From positions 25,482,001 through 25,546,000 of the forward strand of contig CM069147.1 of NCBI GenBank assembly GCA_035221665.1: a DNA stretch of 64,000 bases, read 5' to 3'. This DNA is from Okamejei kenojei (Eukaryota). Made by a program: the position numbers and the translations under genes. Numbering within the stretch: position 1 is the stretch's first letter; each line of letters begins with the position of its first letter. The notes below the pieces were generated by a model. It saw only the letters and a program-made list of their open reading frames with translations. It was not told the DNA's origin and did not search any database. Of this stretch, positions 26,764 to 41,100 are shown in pieces.

Positions 26764-27503
26764 NNNNNNNNNNNNNNNNNNNNNNNNNNNNNNNNNNNNN
26801 NNNNNNNNNNNNNNNNNNNNNNNNNNNNNNNNNNNNNNNNNNNNNNNNNNNNNNNNNNNNNNNNNNNNNNNNNNNNNNNNNNNNNNNNNNNNNNNNNNAC
26901 ATTGCAGCGAAAACTGGATTTTTATCGCCGCCCCCCCAAGCCCCCCCCCCCCCCCTCCCCCCCCCCCCCCCCCGCCCCCCCTCACCCCCCCACCCCCCCC
27001 AGCNNNNNNNNNNNNNNNNNNNNNNNNNNNNNNNNNNNNNNNNNNNNNNNNNNNNNNNNNNNNNNNNNNNNNNNNNNNNNNNNNNNNNNNNNNNNNNNNN
27101 NNNNNNNNNNNNNNNNNNNNNNNNNNNNNNNNNNNNNNNNNNNNNNNNNNNNNNNNNNNNNNNNNNNNNNNNNNNNNNNNNNNNNNNNNNNNNNNNNNNN
27201 NNNNNNNNNNNNNNNNNNNNNNNNNNNNNNNNNNNNNNNNNNNNNNNNNNNNNNNNNNNNNNNNNNNNNNNNNNNNNNNNNNNNNNNNNNNNNNNNNNNN
27301 NNNNNNNNNNNNNNNNNNNNNNNNNNNNNNNNNNNNNNNNNNNNNNNNNNNNNNNNNNNNNNNNNNNNNNNNNNNNNNNNNNNNNNNNNNNNNNNNNNNN
27401 NNNNNNNNNNNNNNNNNNNNNNNNNNNNNNNNNNNNNNNNNNNNNNNNNNNNNNNNNNNNNNNNNNNNNNNNNNNNNNNNNNNNNNNNNNNNNNNNNNNN
27501 NNN
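26764..27503. other. Assembly gaps (135 N at 26764-26898; 500 N at 27004-27503) flanked by poly-C
   Basis: N runs seen directly. Confidence 1.
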
Positions 27504-27576
27504 CCCCTCCATCCACCCCACCATACCCCCCCCCCCGCCCCCGCCCCCCGCACAACCCCCCCTAGATCCGCACATG

Positions 27577-30500
27577 CCACTTGCTGGTGAACCAGCTGAG
27601 TTATGCGTATTTAGTAAATATGGGTGAGCAGTTTCGGAAGAATGCCTGGGTGGCAATGTGTACGTAGGATACTAGAGCTGTGGTTCAAAAAAAGCGAAGA
27701 TGGTCAACAAAATGCGAAGTAACTCAGCGGAACGGGAAAGCATCTCTGCGAGAGAAGGAATGAGCGACGTTTTGGGACGATTACTCGTTCCTTCAGAGGG
27801 TTTGGAGTGGAGGGTTCTGAATAACTGTGATGTGCCTCCAGGATCGGTGCAGGGACTATTGCTGTTTGTGGATTACTGCGTTTTCTACGTTTTGATGAGA
27901 AAAACATGAATGCCGGATTAGTTAGTTAGATTGCAGGTGACTGTGAATTTGGTAATATGTTGATAGCGAAAATGGTTATCAAAAGGTTACTGCAGGATCT
28001 TGTTCAGGTTGGGCAAGTGGGCTGATGAATAGATAATGAGATTTTAATGCAGGTAGTGTGAGGTTTTTTATTTTTGAAGTGAAATGTGGGCAGGACCTTA
28101 ATAGTTAATGGCAAAACGTTTGTAGAGCAGTTGGGTCAATGTGTGATGGTACAGTACATAGTTCCTTGAGAGTGGTGTCACATGTAGACACGGTGGGTTA
28201 AGAAGGCTTCAGGCCTTTATCGTCAGGGTAATGAGTATTTGAATACGGGTTGTTATGTTATAAATATATAAGGATCGGCAGGGTGCCGTTGTCCACATGA
28301 TAGTGGGATATGAAATGAACTGCCTGATGAGGTTATTGAGGCTGAAATGACAACAACATGTACAAGGACATTTGAACAGGGACATGGATGGTTTTGGAGA
28401 CCAAAAAACGTCGGGCTAGATGGGACGTTGCAAATGGGAAACGTTATCGGCATGATGCATTCCAGCCCCTTGCCGACATATCTCTGTGTTAAAGATGTTT
28501 GCCGCATACATTCAAAATATTAAAACGTCCCCCACTCAGTGTTATATCCATGCTCTCTAATGTTGACATTTCCGCACCCTAGGATAAAATTGTGACAGAT
28601 CTACCAATATCTTTGCTATCATATTTTTAAAAATAAAAATAATTCTATCGTTCCCTCTGCCTCGACTTCCAGAGAAAATAATCCAGATTTATCCAACTCT
28701 CTTGTAGCTGAAACGCTCTAATCCAGGCAACGTTTGGTTTACGTACCTCTGCTCTCTCCAATGTTTCACCGTTCATGGGGCAATCGGAAACTGTGCGCCA
28801 ATACGAAATGCTGCTTATCAATCCTAAGTAACCAAATCGCCAGGTGTTCCACACGTTGAAATCTTCTCAATTAGAATCCAAATTATTGAATTTCTCGAAT
28901 TTTATTTTTAAAAACCATGTACAGACAAATTGTCACGGCCCTATCCGTCATTCACCTTCATCATGACATTTAAATTCAATCAGACGTGTGTCCTTTATCG
29001 ATTCCCGATGGGGGCTGTACTTGAACCTCATACCGCTGGTGATTTCCTTGATTACTTCTTTCCGTCAGAAAGAAATGGGTACATTCGCTAATATTCAGTC
29101 ATCCGGGAAATCATGTGGGTGGCGTAAGTGGATACTATAAGTCCTCTTCATAGGGCTGTATTCTCATCTGCCCCCTTGCCGCCATCTATTAATGGGCGGG
29201 CAGTTTTGCCACCGGGACCATCGGTATAGGGTAGGCTCCGCTAGGCGGTGGTTGAGTCTCCATATTTATACGCCGGGGGATGGGGCGCTTGGGCACGTTG
29301 GCTAATTGTGAGATGGGATGCCTAGCAGGCGCGCCGTTTAGTTCGCATGCCGGTGCATCATGTAGGAGTTCGGGGGCAGGAGTGCGGTGCTGCTGGGCGG
29401 GGTTGTGGTAGACTCCTGGTCCTTTGGGTTTTATGTACCATTATTCTAGCGGCGATCAATGGGATGAGAAAGTTTTGAGAGTGGGTTGAGGTGGAGGAGC
29501 AGTGTGGTTTTCGGGTGGAGGGTGGTGATGGGTGGCACCACTTTGGAGAGGATTCGGATACTTCAAGGCAGGTGCTCTTTGCTATGTGTTAAATGGGCCG
29601 CGGTTCGAGTTAGGATTATCTAGAAATTCATTGGATACACATAACCAAGAATGCCTCTTTAGTTCTTCTGCACGAAGGTAGTAACAGTCAATAAGGTGGG
29701 ATTGGTCACCGATATCCAGAAAAGGTGATGTTCCTCAAACTTTACACTTATGACAACACAACACAAGTACAGTCCTTATCCCTCATTATTCACCACTTGC
29801 TCTAAGCCCCCTCACGTCGATAGTCATCCACTCCAAGACTACATATGTTTTCTCTGTCTTTCAGCGGCGTATGGGGGCGGTTTGGGAGTTGAAAATGGAG
29901 TGGGGGCGCGGATGTGGGGGCAGGTGCTTGTGATTGTGTGACTCACTTTTGCTATAATGTAGTTGATGGATGTGTGGGCCGCTAAACAGGGGCAGGTAGT
30001 GGGTTATTGATGGAAGTGTTGCGACGGGGTACTCCTTCCTATAATGTAGGTTGCATCAAAACTCATTTAGGTGTGGTGAGCCGTATTACGTGCAGCCTGC
30101 TTTTCTTTATAGACTCCGTGAAATAAAACACTGCTCTACCGATTGTTTTCTAACGCTGTGGAACCAAATCTATTAACTGGGCGGTTTTCCTGCGGTTATG
30201 GGGGGTATTAACCTTTTCTGCCTCTCATCCAATGTTCTATCTTATGGTTATGTGCGCCGATCATTCGATATTAGCTGGTCATGTGGCGCTGATCCTGCGG
30301 ATCCCAAAATCAGCCCCCCCCCCCCAACCCCACCACCGTGCTCATTACTCGTGCAAGGAAAGCCCTCCCAAGTAACAGCAAGGGACACAGCCTCTGCCTC
30401 CCAGTTCAATTGCTACCCGAGCCGATTTTATATAGGTCATTTTGTCCCTGTAAGAAAACCCAATCGGATCTTTATTATTATGCCCACCCACCTACACCAG

Positions 30501-33500
30501 AGCCTTAGCGAGTCTTTCTCTTGGGATTTTCTGTTATTCCTATCGGTACCGCTTGAGATGTAATCACGAGATCGCCAATCCTGGAGTGTCCCCTTGTTTT
30601 TTTTAGTGAATATCGAACTCCCTAAATTATGTTTGCAGGCCTCGTGTCATTTTACACAATGGCATTGATATAATATGGACCACTAGAAATGGCTTCTCCC
30701 CCTCTCCCGTTCACAATGTTCCATGTTTGCCACGTTGACATCCGTTACACCAGACTATAGAGTGAGGAGATAGCTGCTGGTGTTCATATTGCTGCCATTG
30801 AAACCTTTGACTGGAGTCGACCGTCATATTTCTTTTGATATTTATTTAATCTGTGAAGTCCATTCTACCACTTGGTGTTTTGAACTTTTTATTTCGTCAC
30901 GGAATCTCAATATTTGATCAGAAAATACGCCAGTATGAGTTTATTTGTGCATGTCTCTGCCTGAGGGACGTGTATCCATCGCTTCATAATTTTCAGACGT
31001 TCCACAGATAGTTCACGTCCATAACGCAGGTCACCAACTGATGTATTTAGGACGAGCTTGGTGATTTATGTTTTAGTTCGGCACGGTGAGTGTTGTAAGT
31101 CGGGTGAAATGCGTGAAGCTTTACAGTTGTGTTGTTTATAACCCCAAATTCTAGAAGCCAGGGTTGATGCTGTCCGCCCGTGGGTTTTTGTTTTCCGTTC
31201 TCCATTTGGACAACGTCATGAGGTCATAAAGCTGATGGTTAAGAATTAGGGCATTTTGGGCCATAAAAGTTACACTCCGCCATTCAATCGTGGCTGATCT
31301 ATCCTTTCGCTCTTAACCCCATTTCCTGCCTTCTACCATAAACCTCTGGACCACCTGTATTAATCATGAACTAATCTTTTTTTAACACCTGTACTAACCA
31401 CGTGATTCGTATTCTTGTCTTGCGTGGTTGGCGTGCACTGCTTAAAGTTGTAGGACAACTTGTTCTGTTTTAATGGCTTTTTGATTGGGCACTCCGGGTT
31501 GAGTGCATTCGGTCGAAACAGGGCGGACCACGTGAAGGTTGCATCTCCCACCCCACGTGCTCCGTTAATTCCCATGTATCGAAAAATTGGAGAGTCGATA
31601 GGATTATTGGATAAGATGTCGCGATGTGTTGGTGGGGGATGTCACGGGAGAACCCGTGAATTTCATATGGATTTTGATGAATTTAAACTGGTATTAATGT
31701 TCAACTTGCGTGACGCACTAGTCTGGGACCAAAAACAAAAACTGCGACGCGTGGTATTATTTTGTGACAGTGCATGGAAACGGACGGATGTTAAAAAGTT
31801 CGGGCGTACAGATACAACAGCTCCAGTTCACACCCAATGCAGATGGTTCATCCATAAGCACCAATCGGCATATATAAGCTTAAATGGATTTTAATGCCAT
31901 AAGTAGGCTAATTTATCAATGTAATTAAGTTTAATTATTCTAAGTAAATACCTTTGCGGTCATTGTAAATCGGCTGCAATTCATTCCGAATGGCTATATT
32001 GCGTTGGGGAGTACAGGTTTTAACTCACATTGAAACATGTATTCTATTTGAAGATTAACCGTGCTTCCATTATCTGAGAGAGTCGCCGCCAGTAGTTTAG
32101 ATTGGTTGTTGTGAAGCTTTGTGCTTCTTTGTCCCATGAGCAGGTTACTCACGTCGGTTGACATTCGGGATCTGGTTGGGGTTGTGTTTGTGATTTATTG
32201 GTATGGGTGGGAGGGTATGGTGGTTAGGTATCAGTTGTGTACGCGGGACGGGTTGGGGGTGCCGGGGTACAGGGGTTCTGATGTATTGTGTAGCCGGTCG
32301 ATTATTTGAGGAAAAAACATGTTCTTCGCGGAGGTCCGCTTCTGTTCATGAAGGTATGGTAATTAGATCCTGATTACAGCCGGTAGTGGAAGACGGTTAA
32401 TTAAATCGGTGCAGACGGAGTATAAAAATAAGGACATTTGGATGAGTGGATTGATTACGCTGAAACATTATTTTTTCTTCGTGCGGCTAATTATTTCCTA
32501 ACTGTTTCCGATTGAGCCACGTTTTTAGTTTCCATTCTTCAGTCCCTGACAAGTAAGCGCGTAAAATGTTTGTGCACATAAAGGAGTTCATTTTAGCAGA
32601 TGCACAGCCATATGATTGACGCATTCTTTCCGATCAGAAAATTAATTGCCGACTTCCTTCAACTCATCTCAACTTTAGGCGTGTTTCCTCTGCGATTTTG
32701 TATGCAGGTACAGTTTTTTTTTACAAAACATAGTTTCAATTTGTGTTCATGGGTGGCTCACCCCAATTACTAGTATGTTTCAGGGTGGAATTGCATGGGC
32801 TCGATTGGGGCAAGTTTATCCTATGGGCTTAATTGAGCCACACGAGATTTCAAGAACAACCCCGTAATTTAGTTATCATTCTGACTAAATTCTCAATTTT
32901 AAACAAAATATAATTAAATGCAGTTAAATTCACACCGTTTCCGTAGCGAAATTTGAACCTAGCCCTTACTAGATGATGAGCTGAATAAGAATGCGCCTTC
33001 ACTTTACCTACCCGATTTGTTTTGTTTATTCTCCGATACCTTCAACACCGAGTCCGTGATTAAGTTCATTATCGACAAGATACACAGACATCTTCATTGC
33101 TAAATAAGATATTTCGGTTCTGGGCATCCTGCGTTACCAGAGTGAGGCCACAGAAATAATGGAGGAGTAGTACTTCAAAATTTCGGTATTATTTGGCGCA
33201 GATATTTTTAGGTTGGTCTCTGTGTTGAGTTGCCAATTGGTTACACAATTTCAGCATAAACGAACAACAAAGTAAAACCTTCACCGAGTTAATGGTGCTG
33301 CAATAATGAGACGATTCACAGCTCCAGGTATCCGAGTCAGGGCCACGCTTCGGAATCATTCTGCTTTGGACATTGAACATTCTCGGAGATTTTACCAGGA
33401 GGTGGATAAAAATCTGTTACTTCCCGCTTTCTTGGAAATAATCTATACATTGGTTTGAATCAAGGGCTGTGGATTAGTGTGGGAGTCGTCAATTCGGAGT

Positions 33501-36500
33501 CGGGGGCAATTTTTGTGCTGTGGAGTCGGAGTCGGAAAAAAAAAGTCCGACTCCGACTCCAAGTAAATGTCTGAGATAAGCTAAATCATCGAAAATCCAA
33601 CTTTTCTCTAAAAACATGGCCTCCATATAACTCCCCCCCCCCCGCACCCATTTTTCCATGGACATGGAAACATATTTGATGACAACCAGCACCCCCAGCA
33701 TGTACTACGGGAATCACTAAACATCGGGATAATCTATATAGCGCAGCAGTGCTGTGAGAATCAAGTGCGCAAGGGCGTGCGTTACAGTTGTTGCCTTACA
33801 ACGCCAGAATCGGGTTCGATCTGACTACGCGTGCTGTTATTAGAGGATTTTGTTTACGGTTCTCCCCGTGACCAGGTGAGTTTCCTCGAGATCTTCGGTT
33901 TCCTTACCCCCCTGCAAGAGTATGGTTTTTAGGGTTAATTGGTTTGGTTACAATGTAAATTGTTCCCTATGTGTGTATGGTAGTGTTAAGGTGTGGTGGT
34001 CGCTGGTCGGTGCGGGCTCGGTGGGCCGAAGGGCCCGTTTCTGTTATTTAAAATTCCGAATTATTAATCAGAATTTAACTTTCCTTGTCGGACTTCAATC
34101 TTCGCACAGGTTTGCGGGTTCCATGTTACTTTCGCGATTAAAAACCACTGTTCCACCTTTCTGACAAGGATTTAACTACCGTAGGCAAAAAGGCCGATAC
34201 GACCGATGTTATTTGTTTGGATCTTTATGAAGGATAATAAAAAAAATATCACGGAGACTAATATATTTCGAATGTAAACAACACGCGTTAGCATGAATAG
34301 TCAATTTGTACATTTTATTTACGTAAATTATATCTTAATAAACCTGTCCAACAATAGGTAGATGCAAAATGCTGGAGAAACTCAGCGGGATAGGCAGCAT
34401 CTCTGGAGCGAAGGAATGGGTGACGTTTCGCGTCGAGATCCTTCTTCCGACCTTCTTCGACCCGAAACGTCACCTATTCCTTCGTTCCAGAGATGCTGCG
34501 TGTCCCGCTGAGCTACTCTAGCATGTTGTGTCTACCTTTGATTTAAACCAGCATCTGCAGTTCTTTCCTCCACATTATGTTCAGCTATATATACGGCCTG
34601 TGCATAATACCTGTAATTCAGACATTTTAATTAGAACTATGGAAATGACGAGGACGAAACCGGTCTCACGAATCGACTCAAATCTTCAAGATCGACTCAT
34701 TCGAATTAGTGGCAACATATTTATCGTTGTTTCAACAGAAATGCCATGGAGTCGCAGACTTCACAATTTGCTAGCCCGACAGCGTTGACAATGGAGCACG
34801 ATTTATTCAGTGGCACTATGGCATTGTCTTCGTATGTGGACTGCCAACAGGATTATGTCGACTTCCAACACGTTTAGGGTGGCACAGACTACGCCTGACT
34901 GTGCCAGAGACGCGGGCTCGATCTTGAAGACGGGCGATGTCTGCATGTTCTGACTGTAATCGTTGGGTTTTCCCCGGCTGCTCCGTTTTCGTCCCACATC
35001 CCAAAAGGCTTGCAGGTTTGTAGGTTAATTGACCTCTGTAAATTGTCCCTGGTGTGTAGAAGAGAAGCAATGTACAGGTCGTTGGTCGGCGCGCTCGGTG
35101 GCCTGAGAGGTCTGTTTCCACGCTGTATCTAAGATAATCTAAACTAAGATCGGAGCGGTAAAATAAAATTACGAGAACGGGACGGAGCCTGTGCGTAATG
35201 CAATAAATCACATTGAAGCGGAGAGCAACATACTCTTCACATGGATAACAAGGAAGGGAGTAAGTAAATTAAACATTTTGTCCTGTGTGTATTATATTAT
35301 TCATGTGGAAAAATGTGTCAAGAATTATAAATAATTGCTTAGTATCACGGTAGTGGAAACTGGGAACATCGAAACAACCCCTCCCCAATAGTAAGGAGAA
35401 GCTATGTCGAAGTAGATCGTTTATCGAGGTTTAATACGAACCAATTCTATTTGTACTGAAATAAAATTCCATGGATTTTGAATAGATCTGGAAAAACTGT
35501 AAATGTATTGACTGTAAAGACAAGAGTGGCACAACTAGGAGGAAATATTGGTGTTCTTTGTCAACGTTATTGGGAATGTTCAAATCCACTACCGATTAAA
35601 GAGTTGCGGGACTTTGATGAAACTACAAGTCTATCAAGACTCCGTGAGTTTATGTAAAACACACATATTTTGATACATTTTCTAGCATCATTTCACAATG
35701 TGAATAAAAGGGAACTCTGAGAACCTGTATATGGATATCCTAAAGCACTTCATAGTATTCCCTCCAAAAGATATGTGATCAAGATAGGAACACGCGAACG
35801 TGTTTTCGATATAATTTATAAAGAAATGGTGCTCTAGTGGTTAATTATCTGAAAAGGGCAATGGGAAGAAATAGATGATTGCCAGGTTGACTAACAACGA
35901 ATGGCGGAATGCCACAGCAAGGTACTCAGGCATAACTATTTAATCCATAGTTATGTCGTGATGGACTATATAAAAACAAGAGGTGATCATATTGAAATAT
36001 ATAAATCCTCCGGGTTGTGGGCGGTCGGGTTTATTGCGGGAACGTACTTTTCAGTTAGGGTTTCTAGAACGAAATTTAAGGAAACCAAAGGGTGGAACAC
36101 ACACTAAACAGAAAAGAGAAGGATTGGGGTGGGCGTTATTGAATGTATACAAGGCAAAATCTGAGGGGGAAACGAGAGCTTTGAGGATCATTTAAGGGAA
36201 AAAGAACAGAAAACCGGCGTTTGAAACCAAGATTGGTTCATTCATGGCCTTATCAAATTCTGGAGGGGGAAGGGGCAATTTTCTTATTTGGCATCTTATT
36301 TATTTAGATCCTCCCACGAGGATGAAAATCGGGAAATGATCGAAGTGCGGACTGTTTGATGTCCTCAAATAAAAGAGCCTTCTATTTCCTGACTCATTTT
36401 CCGCCTATATTAACAGTAGCAATGTTACAAAATTATGAGATTTTTAAAATCAAGTCCGCAATTTATCCCATCAGATAAAACATAACAATAAGTTTAATTT

Positions 36501-37890
36501 GACACCTAATTCACTTTTATATCTTCAGCATTAAAAAGGTTATGGCCATTTTCATACTCGGAAATTTGCAAATTGTTCCCTATTGTTTTTCCATTGACTT
36601 AACACAAAAGCTGTGATCGAGGACAGTCAAAAGCCCATAACTTTCTTAAAGATTAAGAGAACTGAATGGCATTTTCAGTTATGATATATTGATGCATTCT
36701 GAAACGAATATAAAACATCTTACTTGGATGACCCGAAATGAAAGCATATAATTAGTTAGTTACCTAATTATAGTTAATTTGCAAAATCGACCGTTGTGAC
36801 AAAAATAGTAATAAACACCCAGACTGCCTTGAAAATTAAACAAATTGATATTCTCAAGATCAGAACTTTAAAATTATTGTATTATATGCTGTAAGTCCGT
36901 AACAGATAGGTAAATAAATTACAATTTCTATCCATAGAGCAAGTCTTTAAGGAGGAGATCAGTTGCTAGCATACATTGGCATATTACAATCAGTAGCATC
37001 ATCATATTCCTCAGATTGTAAGCAATAAGCAACTCTGTACATCTTGTTTTTCCTCAACTTTTCAATTTTGGCATTGTAAACTATAAGTTTTTGCTCTTCA
37101 AACCACACATGAAATGCCTTTCTGCCCATTGCTTTCCCATTAAGAATGTCCTGTAGATTCAATTTCTTAAAATGATTTTTTTTGATAGCCTAAGTAACCA
37201 AATAACAAACGAATTCCATTCACACAAGAATTCACAATATAACATGATTTTAAAATCTCAATATCATTAATTCAAATGTCAGATGGAAGGAATTTGATGT
37301 TTAATTCCCATAAATGTATCTAGAAACAGCCACTCAATATATATTTTTTTACACAATACATGGGACTAAAACTGATATTTAGTATAAAATTATTGGCTAT
37401 GGGTAGACAATAACAGGACAAATAGACGATTTAGATGCTCTTATGACATGATTGTCCAAAAAAAAGAGCATTTAAATCATCTTGGAGTGGGATTTTCTGG
37501 AACGCGATCGATTGGAACGTTGCATTTGCGGTGAATTTTAACCCCATATCGGCGGGAAATACACTGCCGGTTCGGCCCATATCACATTTTCGCAACGTAA
37601 AATTAGATTAAAGCCATCCCAAGAAGCAAGATTATATGTAAAATATACGACATACCCTTTATTTTGTCCCGTTCTTGCGATCCGTCACGTTGTAGGCGTT
37701 GAGGGCATTAGAAGTCGCTTTGTATTTTAATCAAGTTATTAAATTGTCTCGCGCTTAAAAAAAATCGGGAACGGAAGTCGGATCGATTATTCTTCAGCCC
37801 GAGGAAATCCGCCTCCGACAGGCAGGAGAAAACTGGATTTTAATCCCGCCCCCCACCCCCCCCCCCCCCCCCCCCCCCCCCCTCCCCTCA
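27577..37890 (+). repeat. Copy B of the ~10.2 kb direct duplication
   Basis: Collinear with 16780-27000. Differences are mainly 1-bp indels plus G/T-rich garbled stretches at ~29200-29580 and ~32100-32300. Confidence 0.95.
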
Positions 37891-37929
37891 AATGCACCAA
37901 TGTCGCGCACACGTTATGTAACGTCGCTA
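36417..37929. mobile_element. Putative non-autonomous TIR DNA transposon (other reading ~25376-27000)
   Basis: Imperfect terminal inverted repeats TAGCAATGTTACAAAA / TTATGTAACGTCGCTA (13/16). Flanks ttaacag / ttaaaag resemble a target-site duplication. Confidence 0.5.
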
Positions 37930-38057
37930 TTAAAAGAAACACATTTCTCGGCCATGTCATGGGGTGACCGATGTGCTTAGGAATCAGTGTAGAAGATACC
38001 GTGACGATTATTAACCAGAACTTCATCTTTCCCAGCCAGGCCTGCTTCGTCGTCGAT

Positions 38058-38112
38058 ATGTTTCTGAAAGTGTCACCTTGGACGACGTATTTCCTTGGAA
38101 TTTTGAATGCGG
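38058..38112 (+). CDS. Gene A exon 1, leader MFLKVSPWTTYFLGILNA
   Basis: ATG, moderately hydrophobic core and phase-1 donor G|gtacac (weak consensus), 293 bp before the V exon. Confidence 0.6.
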
Positions 38113-41100
38113 GTACACTACGGCTTCTATTGCTTTTTACTTATGGGTCTTCAAAATACCCAGATATTATAGTTGTACCTTATAATGTCATGCTGAATTG
38201 TCCATAAGGTCATGGCTGTTGTATGGGTTCTGGAAAGGAGTGTAATTTACGAAAACTTTACGAGGACACAAATAGCGGGCATAATAATGCGGTTCAATTC
38301 ATTGTAAATATTTGGTCTGAGTGCAATAAGATTTTTGCCAGCAGTGTTTAATTTCCATTGCTGTGCATCAATGACTAAACTGGATTGTGCACCATCTATT
38401 GACAGCTGCTGTGAACAGGTCGGGCAAGACGATATCGAATGTTGTTCAGAAGCCGGTGATCAGTGGCATAAACTTTACCTGTCGGTGTCCCTTCCCCTTC
38501 AATGTAAATGTTTCACACCTAACGGTTTTCTGGTGGAAAGATGGAATTAAAGGCTTCCTGAAAGAAGATAGCAGGAAAATCATCATGATAAGGGCAGGAG
38601 GCGCCTACCTTCACCTGCTGAATGTCACGGTCTCGGACGCCGGAACATACAATTGTCTTGCAAAAGAAGCGGGCCGAACGGTCGCGGAGGGAACAAGAGA
38701 GCAACTTGTCGTATATGGTGAGCGAACGGTTCTTTAGTTGCAGCTCGAATTTGAATTTTCCTTCACAAAAATCTTTAATCCAGAATACAAATGTGCAAAA
38801 CGTTGAAAAATTATTCTAGATTGATTCGTTTGCAAACATAGGTCAGAGGGCATAACAGCAATGATATTTGAGTAGATATATATTGAAGGTAGTGAGTGTA
38901 AGATGAATACATACAACGGTTTCAATTTGACACTGAACGCCGAGGCAGGGATCCTCCTGATGTTTTCCTAATGATAATGTTATCAACACATAATCCTGTG
39001 AATTGAAAGAGCGAGGTTTTTACTTCAACAAAATAATTGAAATACAAATTATATTTCTTGCGCCGAATTAGAGAAACAAGAAATTTTAGTCAAAGCATTC
39101 TCTGTAAGCCAGTCAATGCCTGCAACTGTTTATGACTGATTATATTGGGAAATTTTCATATTCACAAATGTACTGTGCCTTTGAAGAGTTGAAACTTGAA
39201 AGTTGATTCGCGCATGTGAGCACAAGAAACAAGTGTGCAAATTGGGGGAGCCGATTACGATGAATTACACCTTCATCTGGGCTCCCAAATTAAAAATTAT
39301 GATGGAATTAAGTAGCGTTGGAACAAATGTTATTGGTTGATATAATCGACGTTTCCCCTTTCTTTTAATTCTATTCCTCTTTACTTAGCCGTCCCTTCTC
39401 CTCTGAAGATTGTATCTGTTCGATCTAGAAATGCTGCGACTCATTTCCTGAAAATCCAGTGCAGAACGGCTGCCTTTTACCCGAAAGAATTTAATCTCAC
39501 CTGGCACAGAAATGGTTCCTTCATCCAATCTGGATTTCGGCATGAACAACATTTAACGGCAGACGGATTGTATGAAGTTATCAGCTCTTTACATGAGAAA
39601 CGGGCAGTCAAAGAAGGAACCGTTTACACATGTAAAATGATTCACCGTTCTATGCTAACTCCAGCAACTGCCAACTACACGGTTCCTCATGAAGGTAACG
39701 TGTCCCACGCATAGTATAATGGATAGCCCACTGAATAATAATATTAATGGTAAAAATAAAATGTGAGGATATTTAAAATACCGTATTTTCTGCAGCAAAT
39801 TAATTTTCCTGGAAGTTGTGCAATTTTCATATTTTTTGCCAGCGTAGACAGACGCTGTACAGTCCATCCAGTCTATGTTGCCTCCCAAAAGATTCCATCA
39901 ATACCGTTCCTGCAATCGATCGCGCACCTGTAGCCCATTCCCTTTCACGTGATCTACAAGTCCACTCTGATGCCCCCACAAACATCACACATTCCCGAGG
40001 GATAATGTAAAAATAATCAATTAACTCACCAAGCAGTTCCTTGGTAAAATCTAAGAGACTGTGCAATGTGCATGCAGACAGTTCCCGAAGCCAGACCTGA
40101 GCTCGGATACCTGGAGCTATGAATCGATAGCACTATTGCTGCACCATTAACTCGGTGAAGGTTTTGTTTTTGTTCGTTTATGGCTGAAATGTGTAATCAA
40201 TTGCAACTCAGACACCGAGACTACCTAAAAATAATCTGCGCAAATACCGAAATATGAAGTACTCCTCCTCCAATTTGTCTGTGGCCTCACGCTGGTAACG
40301 CAGGATGGCCAGAACAGAAAGGTCAGTGTGCGAATGGGAAAGTGATTCTGAATAGTTAGCAACCGGGAAATCCAATAGGCCTTGGCGGACCTCGTGCATG
40401 TTTTCAGCTAAACGGCCGCAGAATCTACCTTTATCTCGTTATTGTACGGTATCCCGCGTCAGGAACACTGGATGCTGTAGATAAGGTGATGGGAGGTGGG
40501 TGAGGGAGGGTGGAAGGATGGGGGGGAGGGAGGGAAGGGGGGGGGGGGGGTTGGTGTCACGTTCACTAAAGAATGAGAGCAGGGTGGAAGTTAGTGGAGT
40601 ACTTAATGAGGCCATAAGTTCTGCACGAGTGCAGGAAGTAGCTCCAGCGTAGTTGTCGATGTATTCGAGAAGGAGTTCGGGGATAACGCCAGCGCATGTT
40701 TTGAACAAACACTGCACCATGTAACCAACAAAATGGTAGCCAGTAGCTGTGGCTGATGTGAGCGTCCATGCTGCAACTTTAACTTGGAGAAAGTGAGAGG
40801 AGTCAAAAGAGACGTTGTTGAGGGTGACGACAAATTCCTCTAGACATAGGAGATTGTTCGTAGAGAAAAATATCTTTGGTCTCTTTTCAAGGAAGAAACT
40901 GAGGTCATGAGATTGTCCTGCTCCTAACCACTCTACACCTACTACAGACGTCAGAGGTCATGGGGAGAAGGCGGGAGAATGGGACATGGAGTGATAGATC
41001 AGCCATGATTTAATGGCGGAGTAGACATGAAGGGCCGAATTGCCTAATTCTCCTATCCTTATGACGTAAATACCCCTCCTCCGCCCGCCCATGCACAGCT

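Larger units (their letters stand above)
16780..27000 (+). repeat. Copy A of a ~10.2 kb direct duplication
   Basis: Collinear with 27577-37890 throughout (offset about 10.8-11.2 kb), e.g. 16820/27619, 22000/33049, 24060/35118, 26912/37831. Confidence 0.95.

Noticed and set aside
26573-27656. Long ORFs in the track (224-335 aa)
   Set aside because: Artefacts of N gaps and poly-C/G runs.
38406-39694. Gene A as a germline-joined Ig light chain or a TCR chain
   Set aside because: No FGxG, no RSS next to the V exon, an uncharged TM and a long ITIM tail, none of which fit IgL or TCR.
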